The notes beneath the pieces are model-generated. The model was not told the DNA's origin, did no database searches, and saw only the letters and a program-made list of their open reading frames with translations. Below are positions 9,101 to 17,705 of a stretch of 28,175 bases of DNA, piece after piece (the stretch's first letter is position 1; the number at the start of each line of letters is the position of its first letter). Position numbers and translations under genes: made by a program. Source of the DNA: Thermoproteota archaeon (GTDB lineage: Archaea; Korarchaeota; Korarchaeia; Korarchaeales; Korarchaeaceae); assembly GCA_027491395.1 (NCBI GenBank), contig JAOZFI010000001.1, forward strand, positions 1-28,175, given 5' to 3'.

Positions 9101-10501
9101 GTGAATGTCAAGTATTTGCTCATAGTGGTCGCTATCTTGGTGATCGGTGCTGCGGCCCTTTTCCTGATCAAACCTAGTGGCGAGACGGCAACCACTACCC
9201 AGCAAGCTCAGAAGGGCATAGTCCTGAAGATAATAACTAGGCACGCCAGCGAAATCCAAGAAGTAACTAGGGAGAGGTTCCTAAAGACGGACCTTGCCAA
9301 GAAGTACAACATAGTGGATCTCCAGTTCTACAGCCCTCATGTCGCCCTGTGGAGAGATACCATACTTAAGCAGGAGCCGGACGTTGCTTGGGGCGGGGGG
9401 CCCGCATTATTTAACGAGCTGATCAGGCAGGGGCTTCTAGCACCGATAACAGACCCAGATGCCCTCAAAGAGATCGAGAGCCTCCCTGACAAGATAGGAG
9501 GCTCTGAGATAAAACACTACGAGAACGGTAAGCTCATGTGGGTTGCTGCGGCCATCTCCTCGTTCGGTTTCAGCGTAAACGAACCTCTGCTCAAGAAGTA
9601 CGGTCTACCGGAGCCTAAATCCTGGAAGGACTTGGCGAGCCCGGAGATGGCCAAGATCCTGCCTAAGCCAGCCATATCCTATGCTAGAGCCCTTACCTCC
9701 ACATCTCACACTAGGATATATCAGATCATACTCCAGAAGTACGGGTGGGACAAGGGATGGGAGATCCTAGCTAGGATGGCAGCCAATGGCAGGCCGTATG
9801 GCGGTTCTGTGGAGGCCCTCACGGCTGTGGAGACTGGGGAGACACCCATAGGCATAATGATCGACTTCTATGGGTACGGGGCCCAGATCGAGTTCCCCGG
9901 CCTGAAGTACATACTCCCATATAACGAGTCCATAGTCAACGGCGATCCCATCGCCCTCCTGAAGACCTCCAAACACTCTGACGCTGCCCAGGCCTTCATA
10001 AAGTGGGTGATTTCGGTGGAGGGCCAGAAGATATGGCTCCACAAGAAGATAAACAGGATGCCCGTCAGGGCCGATGTGTTCAACACTCCCGAGGGTAAGG
10101 AGAGGCCTGATCTTAAGAGGGCCTATGAGCAGACCGTCAACAACATAGGCATACCCTTCGATGAGAAGCTGGCCACAGAGATCCTGTTCTCCCTCAAGTA
10201 CTACTTCGACTCGGTGTACTGCGATCCACACGACCAGCTCGTGAGGACATGGGCGAAACTGGTCAAGGCCTACAAGGCGGGCAAGCTGACCGAGGAGCAA
10301 TTCAAGAAGTTCTCTAGGGAACTGGGAAGACCTCTTACGTGGACTGAGGATGGCAAGCAAGTCACCTTCACACTAGAATACGCCAAACAGATCAATGAGA
10401 AGTTGAGGGACACGGCCTTCGCCAACAAGATGCAGAAGATCTGGAGACAGGCCGCGGTGGAGAGATACGAGAAGCTTTACGAAGAGATACCCAACCCCTG
10501 A
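9101..10501 (+). CDS. ABC transporter extracellular solute-binding protein (AfuA/Fe3+-thiamine-like family)
   Basis: N-terminal TM anchor; PDVAWGGG, PEPKSWKDL, YGWDKGW, IDFYG, NGDPIALL, AQAFIKWV motifs. Confidence 0.85.
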   Translation: MNVKYLLIVVAILVIGAAALFLIKPSGETATTTQQAQKGIVLKIITRHASEIQEVTRERFLKTDLAKKYNIVDLQFYSPHVALWRDTILKQEPDVAWGGGPALFNELIRQGLLAPITDPDALKEIESLPDKIGGSEIKHYENGKLMWVAAAISSFGFSVNEPLLKKYGLPEPKSWKDLASPEMAKILPKPAISYARALTSTSHTRIYQIILQKYGWDKGWEILARMAANGRPYGGSVEALTAVETGETPIGIMIDFYGYGAQIEFPGLKYILPYNESIVNGDPIALLKTSKHSDAAQAFIKWVISVEGQKIWLHKKINRMPVRADVFNTPEGKERPDLKRAYEQTVNNIGIPFDEKLATEILFSLKYYFDSVYCDPHDQLVRTWAKLVKAYKAGKLTEEQFKKFSRELGRPLTWTEDGKQVTFTLEYAKQINEKLRDTAFANKMQKIWRQAAVERYEKLYEEIPNP

Positions 10502-10588
10502 TCTCTCACCACCCTAAATTTTTCACAGTCCTTCGTTCGAACCATAACTTTTTTAGAATTCCCCTCACTGGTGAGGGGGGCGAAGAGG

Positions 10589-11017
10589 ATGCCTTATATG
10601 AAGGTTGGAGATCTCCTGAAGGGGTACGGCTTCATAAGCGTTACCCCCGACAAGACCGTGAGAGAAGCGGCTAAGGTGATGGCGAACAAGGGGATCGGCT
10701 TCTTGGTGGTTGTGGACTCAAGCGACCCCCGAAAGGTGGTGGGGGTCCTCTCTGAGAGGGACATCATCAGGGCCTTGGCCAGCAACAAGGAGGATGCCAA
10801 GGTCGAGGAGCTCATGACCAAGGATGTCGTCACGGTGAAGGACACGGACACCCTCTATAAGGCAGCTAAGCTCATGAGGGAGCACAGAATCAGGCACCTC
10901 GTAGTCGTAAACGGGGACGGCATCCCGGTCGGTGTGCTCAGCATAAGGGATCTGACCTATGAGGAGGGCGCGCTCAAGGCCCTCGCCGAGGAGATAGAGA
11001 ACGAGTTCTCCCCTTGA
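10589..11017 (+). CDS. CBS-domain pair protein
   Basis: Two CBS repeats (VTPDKTVREAAKVM...VGVLSERDI; TLYKAAKLM...IRHLVVV...GVLSIRDL). Start probably ATG 10589 or 10598. Confidence 0.92.
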   Translation: MPYMKVGDLLKGYGFISVTPDKTVREAAKVMANKGIGFLVVVDSSDPRKVVGVLSERDIIRALASNKEDAKVEELMTKDVVTVKDTDTLYKAAKLMREHRIRHLVVVNGDGIPVGVLSIRDLTYEEGALKALAEEIENEFSP

Positions 11018-11474
11018 AGTAGGTGTAATAGAACCAGATCGCATCGTACTGTTGCTGGGTCTCTATAGAGCAAGGCCTCATGGACCTGAGGTGCTCAATG
11101 GCTTCATCAGGTCGCATTCCTTTTGAGACGAAGTAGGCGGCCAGGACGGTGCCGGTCCTCCCGCATCCCGCCAAACAGTGGACCAGCACCTTCTTTCCCT
11201 CTTCAACTTTCTGGTTGATCAGGTCGACTATCTGAGCTAGGAGCTCTACGGGCGGAGCCGAGAAGTTCTCGATGGGAAAGAAATAATGCTCCATTCCCAG
11301 CTCCCTCAATCTCTCGATCACACGCTCGTCATACTCCTCCGACTTCACGAGCGATACCACGACCTTTATTCCCTTATTTGCCAGCCAATCGATCTCCTCC
11401 GGTGAATAGAGAAAAGCGGAGCCGGCCACATGCTCGTCCACGAATGAGAAGTTTCTAGGCTTCCTCAATCTCAC
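10974..11474 (-). CDS. Dual-specificity/protein-tyrosine phosphatase family protein
   Basis: CX5R P-loop VLVHCLAGCGRTGTV, FPIENFSAP loop, RPCSIET..Q. Likely GTG start at 11474 overlapping the upstream TGA. Confidence 0.92.
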   Translation of the reverse strand: MRLRKPRNFSFVDEHVAGSAFLYSPEEIDWLANKGIKVVVSLVKSEEYDERVIERLRELGMEHYFFPIENFSAPPVELLAQIVDLINQKVEEGKKVLVHCLAGCGRTGTVLAAYFVSKGMRPDEAIEHLRSMRPCSIETQQQYDAIWFYYTYFKGRTRSLSPRRGP

Positions 11475-13288
11475 ACCGGCCAAGCCATATGCTTGAACGC
11501 TATAACTCTTAACACGTCTGACGCGTCCTCAACGGCATCTATCATGTTCTCGAAGAGCTCCACGAAGTCCCTCAGGTTCATGAGCTTGACCACATCTATC
11601 TTCACGTGGAGCAACTCCTCCATTGCCTGCTGATGTAATTCATCGAACACCGACTCGAGCGTGTCTATCTCGCTCACGATATCCAATGATGACTCGATGT
11701 CTTCTCTCATGATCTCTATTGCCCTGAAGAGCCTGTTTGAGATCCACTTGGAGACCCTAGCCATCTCCCTCATGAGCTCCCTTATCTTCGGGGGTATATC
11801 TTCTGGATCAAGGGTTCTGAGCCTCCTCGATGCGCCCAAGGCGAAAGAAGCGATCCTGTCCACCCTACCGACGAGCCTAGCGAAGTCTGCTTTGTCTTGG
11901 CCCGAGAGACTGCTGAACCAAAGTTGCCTGTCTATGGCTATCCTGATCTCGTCAGCTTGCCTCTCAAACTCCTTGACCATCTTGAAGCTCCTCTCATCCC
12001 TTACCCCACTTGAGTAATTGCTCACCATGTCGGCGAAGCTCTCTACCGCCTTCACGACCTTTGAAGCGTGATCCACCACCATGTCGTAGGCTGGCCAGAA
12101 GGGCCTCGTCTCCTTCATAAGGAAGATGAGGAAGGATCCAGCGGCCATCATCAGGGCGGTGAGCATGAAGGTACCTCCGAACCCGTAGACCTCGCCCACG
12201 GCCCCCAAGGTCAGGGCACCGGTCATATAGCCGAAGTCCCTGAGCGATGTGTACAGGCCCATTGATCGTCCCCTCACGGTGGGTGGGGCTGCGTCAGCCG
12301 AGATGGCGGGGAGTATAGGGTAGTAGAGGCCCACACCCAACCCTAAGGTGACGGAGGCTAGAGCCAAATATAGGGGATCTCCTAGGGAGTGGAGAAGATA
12401 TATGCTGACAGCCTTGATGGAGAATCCCATGAAGATGGGGATCCTCCTCCCGAAAACATCCGAGATCCTCCCGGAGAACGGCATCAGGAGGGCCCAAGAT
12501 AGAGTGTTCAGACCCTGTATGAAACCAATCTGGGTGGTCCCGAATCCCAAGGAACTCAGGTAGAGGGGTAAGAGCCCCCATATGAGCGCATCAGAGAACT
12601 GAGCTACGTGGCCGAGGAAGTAGGTGAGCCTCAGGGTCCCGCTTCTCAAACACATGGAATACGCTTGGACCGTGGGCATCTCCTCTACTTCTGCTCCCTC
12701 GACCCTCGTTTCGGAGATGCCCACCAAGGAGAGAATAAGAGCTAGGGCCGAGGTGACTAATGTTATGTAGAAGGCATCGGGTATGTTCCTGACTTCGGAC
12801 ACGTAGCCTCCCAAGAATGACCCAGCCGTGTATCCACCGTAAACAGAGGCCTCCATTATACCCAAACTAAGGCCGTGCCTCGCCCTCCCTCCGGCCTCCG
12901 ATAGAACTATCATCACACCGGAATCGACCAACCCCTGACTCCAACCCATCATGAGGGAGGCGGCGGCCACCATCAACAGGTCTCTGCTGTATATGAGCAG
13001 TAAGGTACCGGCGAAGAACATTCCAGCCCCTAAAACGACTGCTACCTTCCTGCCCAGCTTCTCAGACAAGTATCCGGCCAATAGATCAGCCAGACCCTTG
13101 AAGGCTCCGAATGAGAGTATGGGGAGGAGCACGATAAAGAGGTAAGAATAGGTCTGTTGGACGAATCCGCTCACGTACAGCGGGAGAACTGCCCTCTGCA
13201 CACCCATGCCCGCCCCTATTGAGAGGGTGGTCATGGCAGCAGAGACCATTATCCTTCCGGGGTCTCTCCCGCTCAATCCTCGAATCAC
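11471..13288 (-). CDS. MFS transporter fused to a C-terminal DUF47/PhoU-like domain
   Basis: About 390 aa of ~12-TM MFS with motif A twice (GYLSEKLGRK; GRISDVFGRR), then ~210 aa helical soluble domain (EFERQADEIR..I...L, DRIASFA, IDTLESVFDELH, FENMIDAVEDASD) typical of DUF47. Confidence 0.85.
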   Translation of the reverse strand: MIRGLSGRDPGRIMVSAAMTTLSIGAGMGVQRAVLPLYVSGFVQQTYSYLFIVLLPILSFGAFKGLADLLAGYLSEKLGRKVAVVLGAGMFFAGTLLLIYSRDLLMVAAASLMMGWSQGLVDSGVMIVLSEAGGRARHGLSLGIMEASVYGGYTAGSFLGGYVSEVRNIPDAFYITLVTSALALILSLVGISETRVEGAEVEEMPTVQAYSMCLRSGTLRLTYFLGHVAQFSDALIWGLLPLYLSSLGFGTTQIGFIQGLNTLSWALLMPFSGRISDVFGRRIPIFMGFSIKAVSIYLLHSLGDPLYLALASVTLGLGVGLYYPILPAISADAAPPTVRGRSMGLYTSLRDFGYMTGALTLGAVGEVYGFGGTFMLTALMMAAGSFLIFLMKETRPFWPAYDMVVDHASKVVKAVESFADMVSNYSSGVRDERSFKMVKEFERQADEIRIAIDRQLWFSSLSGQDKADFARLVGRVDRIASFALGASRRLRTLDPEDIPPKIRELMREMARVSKWISNRLFRAIEIMREDIESSLDIVSEIDTLESVFDELHQQAMEELLHVKIDVVKLMNLRDFVELFENMIDAVEDASDVLRVIAFKHMAWPV

Positions 13289-13833
13289 CTGAGGGTCTCG
13301 AACTCCTCACTGAGGAACTCGGGTAGAAGGGCGCACACCTCCCTATAAAAATCGACCCGGGAGTTGGCCCTCACGCACTCGCAGAACTGGGGCACCCACT
13401 GGAGCAGATGATCCTCCAAGAAGGATTTAGCCTCGCCCAAGGCCTCTTCCTCGCCTAATAGATAGAGGTAGCGGAGGAATTCGAGCTCCGCTGATATATG
13501 CTCTGGGAGGTCCTTGAACTCGTCGGAAATATCGACGCCGAAGGCCCTCATCCTGTCCTGAACGTCAACGGCTAGGTGGGACATGAGCACCTTTTCCTCG
13601 GTCCTGTACACCGATTCGTAGGGTGGACAGGGGATCTCCTTGCCAAATCTGAAGAGCCTTACGTACTCTTGATTCATTAGGTGGGGATCTTCCACCCTTA
13701 AATCAGCTTGAGGCCACCTCTCCCTAACCTTCTCAAGTAAAGGTTCGATCTCCTTTACCCACTCCTCCGTGGGCCTCATGAACGCTAGGGTGAAGAACTC
13801 GAGTAGCTCGGCACTCTCCTCTCTCTCGCTCAT
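13285..13833 (-). CDS. TorD/DmsD family redox-enzyme maturation chaperone
   Basis: EYVRLF, PPYESVY, LPEHISAELEFL, FLEDHLLQWVPQF signature motifs. Confidence 0.9.
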   Translation of the reverse strand: MSEREESAELLEFFTLAFMRPTEEWVKEIEPLLEKVRERWPQADLRVEDPHLMNQEYVRLFRFGKEIPCPPYESVYRTEEKVLMSHLAVDVQDRMRAFGVDISDEFKDLPEHISAELEFLRYLYLLGEEEALGEAKSFLEDHLLQWVPQFCECVRANSRVDFYREVCALLPEFLSEEFETLR

Positions 13834-13854
13834 AATCTGGGGTGGAAGCCCCCC

Positions 13855-13862
13855 ATATTAAG
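13855..13862 (-). promoter_or_regulatory. TATA box for a probably leaderless torD-MFS-phosphatase transcript
   Basis: CTTAATAT ending ~21 nt before the torD-like ATG (13833). Confidence 0.5.
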
Positions 13863-13863
13863 G

Positions 13864-14250
13864 TTATCTAAGGCAGCCGAGCGGCAGGTATCTCTCGCTG
13901 ACACCCTTTATCTTCCTCAAGGAGCCCTCGAGCTCGAGGATAGTTTGAGAATCCCCCTCGACGAAACTCACGTCAACACACACGCCCTCGGTGTGATGAT
14001 GCGTTCTGGTGACCACGCAGCTCCCGTACCTCTCCAATACTTTGGAGACCAATTCGCTGCTCCTCCCCTCCGATACCACGATCAGCACACCCCTGCACCT
14101 GTGGGGGGTTAGGAGGTGAACCCTATCCTCCATGACCTCCACCAATATACTCTGGATCAGAGATGACCTGCTCATCCCCAGCTTGGAGGATAGCTCATCG
14201 ATCTTCTCCACCAAGTCCTCGGGGAGGGAGATACCGAATCTCCTCTTCAT
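13864..14250 (-). CDS. NikR-like ribbon-helix-helix metal-responsive regulator
   Basis: RHH N-terminus (RFGISLPEDLVEKIDE...SRSSLI); ACT-like C-terminus with THHHTEGVC metal motif. Confidence 0.85.
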   Translation of the reverse strand: MKRRFGISLPEDLVEKIDELSSKLGMSRSSLIQSILVEVMEDRVHLLTPHRCRGVLIVVSEGRSSELVSKVLERYGSCVVTRTHHHTEGVCVDVSFVEGDSQTILELEGSLRKIKGVSERYLPLGCLR

Positions 14251-14256
14251 GCTGCC

Positions 14257-15069
14257 TTACCTTCCCCTTAGCAGGGATATCAGGTAGAATCCCAGCATGA
14301 CGATGCCTATAACCCCCGAAGGTGCCAATCCGGTGGCCACGCTTATCAGCAGGCCCATCAGGCCGCCGGCCAGCGACAGGAGGAACCCGAGTATCACTGC
14401 CACCCTGCCGCTCTTGGCTAGAGCGGACGCGGTTATGCCGGGGAGAAGGACCATTACGTGCTCGACCACGAATCCAACGGACTTCAACAGTCCAACGGTG
14501 GCTATGGCTAAAGAGGCGACCATCATGGCGTCGTAAAGGGAAGCCCTGACCCCCGACAGCCTGACGAAGTCTCTGTCCACCCCTATGAGTATGTGCTCCC
14601 TCAGGAAGGGAACCGTCAGGATCAGAACTATGGCGGAGACGGCGACGGTGAACCATACATCCTCCCAAGTCACGAGCAAGGGATCCCCGATTATGTATGA
14701 CCAGACGCTGGTCTCCATAGGGAAGGCCGTCAGTATGTAGTAGAGGGATATGGTGGTGAGGGACACGCTTATCGAGACGAATATGGCTGTGGCTGAGTCG
14801 GGCCTGACTCCCCTAGATATGAGGAGGGAAACCGTGGACACCAAAATGAGGCTGAAGATAATGGAGCAGATCTCGAACGGGCATCCCAGCAGGTTCATTG
14901 TTATTATGGCGAGGAGGGCCGAGAGAAGAGCAGAATGTGGAAGGGCTCCAGCTAGGAAGAGGAGCCTCCTCGCCACCACCACGGGGCTAAGCACCCCGTA
15001 GACAATAGAGGCGAGGCCCACCACTACGATCCATCTGGGATCCAGCATCAGCTCAAACGGCATAGCCAT
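14257..15069 (-). CDS. Metal (Zn/Mn/Ni/Co) ABC transporter permease (ZnuB-like)
   Basis: VVARRLLFLAGALPHSAL, YIIGDPL, DRDFVRLSGV, VGFVV...LLPG motifs. Confidence 0.88.
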   Translation of the reverse strand: MAMPFELMLDPRWIVVVGLASIVYGVLSPVVVARRLLFLAGALPHSALLSALLAIITMNLLGCPFEICSIIFSLILVSTVSLLISRGVRPDSATAIFVSISVSLTTISLYYILTAFPMETSVWSYIIGDPLLVTWEDVWFTVAVSAIVLILTVPFLREHILIGVDRDFVRLSGVRASLYDAMMVASLAIATVGLLKSVGFVVEHVMVLLPGITASALAKSGRVAVILGFLLSLAGGLMGLLISVATGLAPSGVIGIVMLGFYLISLLRGR

Positions 15070-15823
15070 CCACCACGTGGACGCACTTCTCTACTATGAA
15101 GACGCTCCTCCCGTAAACCTTGCTAAGCAGCTCCTCCTTTATGACCTGATGGGGCGGGCCCATCGCTACTACCCCCCTGTTCACGACCATAATCAGCTTG
15201 GCCCTGTCGAGGAACATGCTTGGGTCGTGGCTGCTCACCATCACCAGCTTAGATGAGGACATCTCCTTGATCATCCTGACCAAGTCAACCCTTCCCATCG
15301 GATCCACTGCAGTGAGGGGCTCGTCCATTATCAGGATGGAGGGATCCCATACCAAGGCCCTAGCTATGAAGACCCTCTGTCTCTGGCCCCCTGATAGCTC
15401 TGACAGCGGTTTGCCTGCTATATCATCGACTCCCATCCTCTTGAGGGCAGACTCTATCCTCCCCCTCTCGTTCTTTGGGAAGGAGAGCCTGGGAGGCCTC
15501 CTTCTCAGGGCTATGGCGGACTCGACTATTTCCCTGACGCTGACCGGGAAGCTGTAATCCTCACCCTTCCACTGGGGGACGTAGCCTATGAGCCTGCCGG
15601 CCCTCTCTGGCTTGCCAGTCACATCCTCTCCGTTGACTAGGACTTTTCCTTTAGCAGGTATCAGTCCTAAGAGCGCCTTGAACAGGGTGGTTTTTCCAGC
15701 GCCATTGGGACCCATTACCACCACTAGACCGGGTCCCTCGAGTCGAAAGTTCTCGTTAGAGAATATCTCCTCATCATCGTAGCTTACCTCGAGTCCCCTC
15801 ACCTCAAGGGTCAGCGCGCTCAT
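15053..15823 (-). CDS. Metal ABC transporter ATP-binding protein (ZnuC-like)
   Basis: GPNGAGKTT, IGYVPQ, LSGGQRQR, LIMDEP, SSHD. Likely ATG at 15823 (MSALTLEV) rather than the GTG at 15862. Confidence 0.92.
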   Translation of the reverse strand: MSALTLEVRGLEVSYDDEEIFSNENFRLEGPGLVVVMGPNGAGKTTLFKALLGLIPAKGKVLVNGEDVTGKPERAGRLIGYVPQWKGEDYSFPVSVREIVESAIALRRRPPRLSFPKNERGRIESALKRMGVDDIAGKPLSELSGGQRQRVFIARALVWDPSILIMDEPLTAVDPMGRVDLVRMIKEMSSSKLVMVSSHDPSMFLDRAKLIMVVNRGVVAMGPPHQVIKEELLSKVYGRSVFIVEKCVHVVDGYAV

Positions 15824-15875
15824 CGTGCACAAATTGGGTATATCAAATATAAAGGAGTGCACAAACTAAAGGGTG
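15824..15875. promoter_or_regulatory. Compact bidirectional promoter with two GTGCACAAA boxes
   Basis: AAATATAAA at 15845-15853 is centred between divergent ATGs at 15823 and 15876. GTGCACAAA at 15825-15833 and 15857-15865. Confidence 0.65.
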
Positions 15876-16838
15876 ATGAGGGCGGGCGCTGTGTTACTGC
15901 TGCTGGCTCTGGCACTGTTGGTTCAATCGTCTGAGGGCTCACCTAGAGGCCTCAATGTGATCGTGACCTTCTCCAACCTGAAGTACGATGTGGATCTCTT
16001 AGCATGCTCCTCCGACAGGGTGGTGTCCCTCGTACCATCCGGAGTCGATCCGCACGACTACGAGCTCAAGCCGGAGGATGTAAACTTGTTAAAGGAGGCA
16101 GACATCGTAGTATCAACAGCTCATGCTCCCTTCGAGAGGCTCATCAGGGAAAAGGTTGCCTCAGGTGAAATAAAAGCGGAGCTAGTGGAGATTCCTAAGC
16201 TAGGACTCAAGATCTTGACGAATCCAGCAACCAAGCAACCTAACTATCACATGCCCATCTACGATCCCGATAACTACCTCAAGTTCATGGGGCGTCTGAG
16301 AGAGATAATGGCTAGAGAGAACCCCGAGTGCGCCTCTCAGTATAAGGAGAGGTACGATCGGATAAGGGAGAGGATCTTAGAGATTAAGATGGAAGCGCCC
16401 CGCTTGAACCTGTCGGCTGTCGCCGTGAGTCCCGTCGCCCAGTACGCGGTCGAATGGGCTGGAGTGAAGGTGAGGTACCTGCTCCTTAAGGAGAGGGGGG
16501 TGCCAGCAACGCCTCCTGAGCTGGCGGAGATCAGGAGGAGGGCTCTTACTGGAGAGATAGGGATCATGTTATTGGTAGGGAATGCGAGGACCCCGCTCAA
16601 TAAGAAGGCTGTGGAAATGGCTGAGGAAATGGGCATACCTTGGATAAACGTCCCATCACCGCTCGAACCAAGGAGCATCATCGAAAAGCTTGAAGACGTG
16701 GTGAGAGCCCTCTCTAACATCGGAGAAGTTAGATCGGCGAGGATGAGATATGGGTATATCCCGCTGATTGTCACAGTGGTTGTGATAATCGCCTCACTGT
16801 CTGCGGCGCTCTACTTGCTGAGGAGGCAACCTAATTAG
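15876..16838 (+). CDS. Metal ABC transporter substrate-binding protein (ZnuA/TroA family) with C-terminal TM anchor
   Basis: Signal peptide; VPSGVDPHDYELKPEDV, NYHMPIYDP, NPECASQYKER; C-terminal TM helix plus RRQPN. Confidence 0.88.
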   Translation: MRAGAVLLLLALALLVQSSEGSPRGLNVIVTFSNLKYDVDLLACSSDRVVSLVPSGVDPHDYELKPEDVNLLKEADIVVSTAHAPFERLIREKVASGEIKAELVEIPKLGLKILTNPATKQPNYHMPIYDPDNYLKFMGRLREIMARENPECASQYKERYDRIRERILEIKMEAPRLNLSAVAVSPVAQYAVEWAGVKVRYLLLKERGVPATPPELAEIRRRALTGEIGIMLLVGNARTPLNKKAVEMAEEMGIPWINVPSPLEPRSIIEKLEDVVRALSNIGEVRSARMRYGYIPLIVTVVVIIASLSAALYLLRRQPN

Positions 16839-16860
16839 GTATGCTACTTCCCTTGAAAGG

Positions 16861-17109
16861 ATGAGTGAATGGGCTAGGAAGGCTCATCACTATCTCAATG
16901 TGACCGGGAGGTTCAGGGGCTTCAGAAAGCTAAGCGACGGACAGAGATACGAGGTCGTGAAGGAGGGCCTGCGGGAGTTCTTGGAGCAGAACCCCCTCAC
17001 TAGGGAAGAGGCTGAGGAGGCTCTTGAGTGGTTCCTCTCTAGGAGGAGGGTTCACGAGGCTCGGGCTCTAGCGAAGCTGATGAAGCTCAAGCTCGGGAAG
17101 AGGAGGTGA
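16861..17109 (+). CDS. Small basic hypothetical protein (82 aa)
   Basis: ATG after AAAGG; host-like codon usage; helical K/R-rich composition; no motif recognised. Confidence 0.7.
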   Translation: MSEWARKAHHYLNVTGRFRGFRKLSDGQRYEVVKEGLREFLEQNPLTREEAEEALEWFLSRRRVHEARALAKLMKLKLGKRR

Positions 17110-17689
17110 TCACATCTAACGCTATCTGGATAGCCCTCTTGATAGTGGATAGAGGCAGGCTGGGGACCGGTTTGTCCATCTTAGAAGCCATCTCAGAGGA
17201 GTATGGGACGTGGATGAAGCCAGCCGGTACCCTGAGGCCCATGATATCCAATGTCCTCAGCGTCTTGTACATGACATAATTGCACAGATACGTCCCGGCC
17301 GAGTACGACAGGAAAGCGGGTATGCCCTCCTCCCTCAAGGCCATCACTATCTCCCTAGTCGGGAGCAGGGAAAAGTAGCATGGAGGCCCATCCGGATCTA
17401 TGGGCACATCTACTGGCTGCTCTCCGTCGTTATCCGGAATCCTCGCATCTATCAGGTTTATTGCAACTCTCTCAATCCTGATAACGGGTCTTTCAGGAGC
17501 AAGACCGAGATTAAGCACTGCCTCAGGCCTGAGTTCCCTTATGAGCTTCTCCAGCCTCTCGCTCGCCCTTCTGAACGAGACTGGCAGAACTTCACCCACT
17601 ACTTCATCGCTCACGAGATGCTCTACCAAATCACTAGTAGGATTGGAGGGAATGTCATCCCAGCTCTCAAATCCAGTTAGTAAGATCAT
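17087..17689 (-). CDS. pcp: Pyroglutamyl-peptidase I (pyrrolidone-carboxylate peptidase)
   Basis: ILLTGFE...NPT, IERVAINLIDARIPDN (Glu), SAGTYLCN (Cys), GFIHVP (His). ATG 17689 preceded by GGGGTGA SD. Confidence 0.95.
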   Translation of the reverse strand: MILLTGFESWDDIPSNPTSDLVEHLVSDEVVGEVLPVSFRRASERLEKLIRELRPEAVLNLGLAPERPVIRIERVAINLIDARIPDNDGEQPVDVPIDPDGPPCYFSLLPTREIVMALREEGIPAFLSYSAGTYLCNYVMYKTLRTLDIMGLRVPAGFIHVPYSSEMASKMDKPVPSLPLSTIKRAIQIALDVITSSSRA

Positions 17690-17705
17690 GGGATCACCCC
17701 CTAAG

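Noticed and set aside
10974-11017. 44-bp convergent overlap between the CBS and phosphatase genes as antisense regulation
   Set aside because: Short tail-to-tail overlaps are common in compact archaeal genomes; no additional support.
15824-15862. N-terminal extension of ZnuC from GTG 15862 (also extensions of livK to 3981, pcp to 17722 and the surface protein to 8024)
   Set aside because: The extensions run through promoter, leader or sRNA sequence; downstream starts fit SD/TATA spacing and family N-termini.
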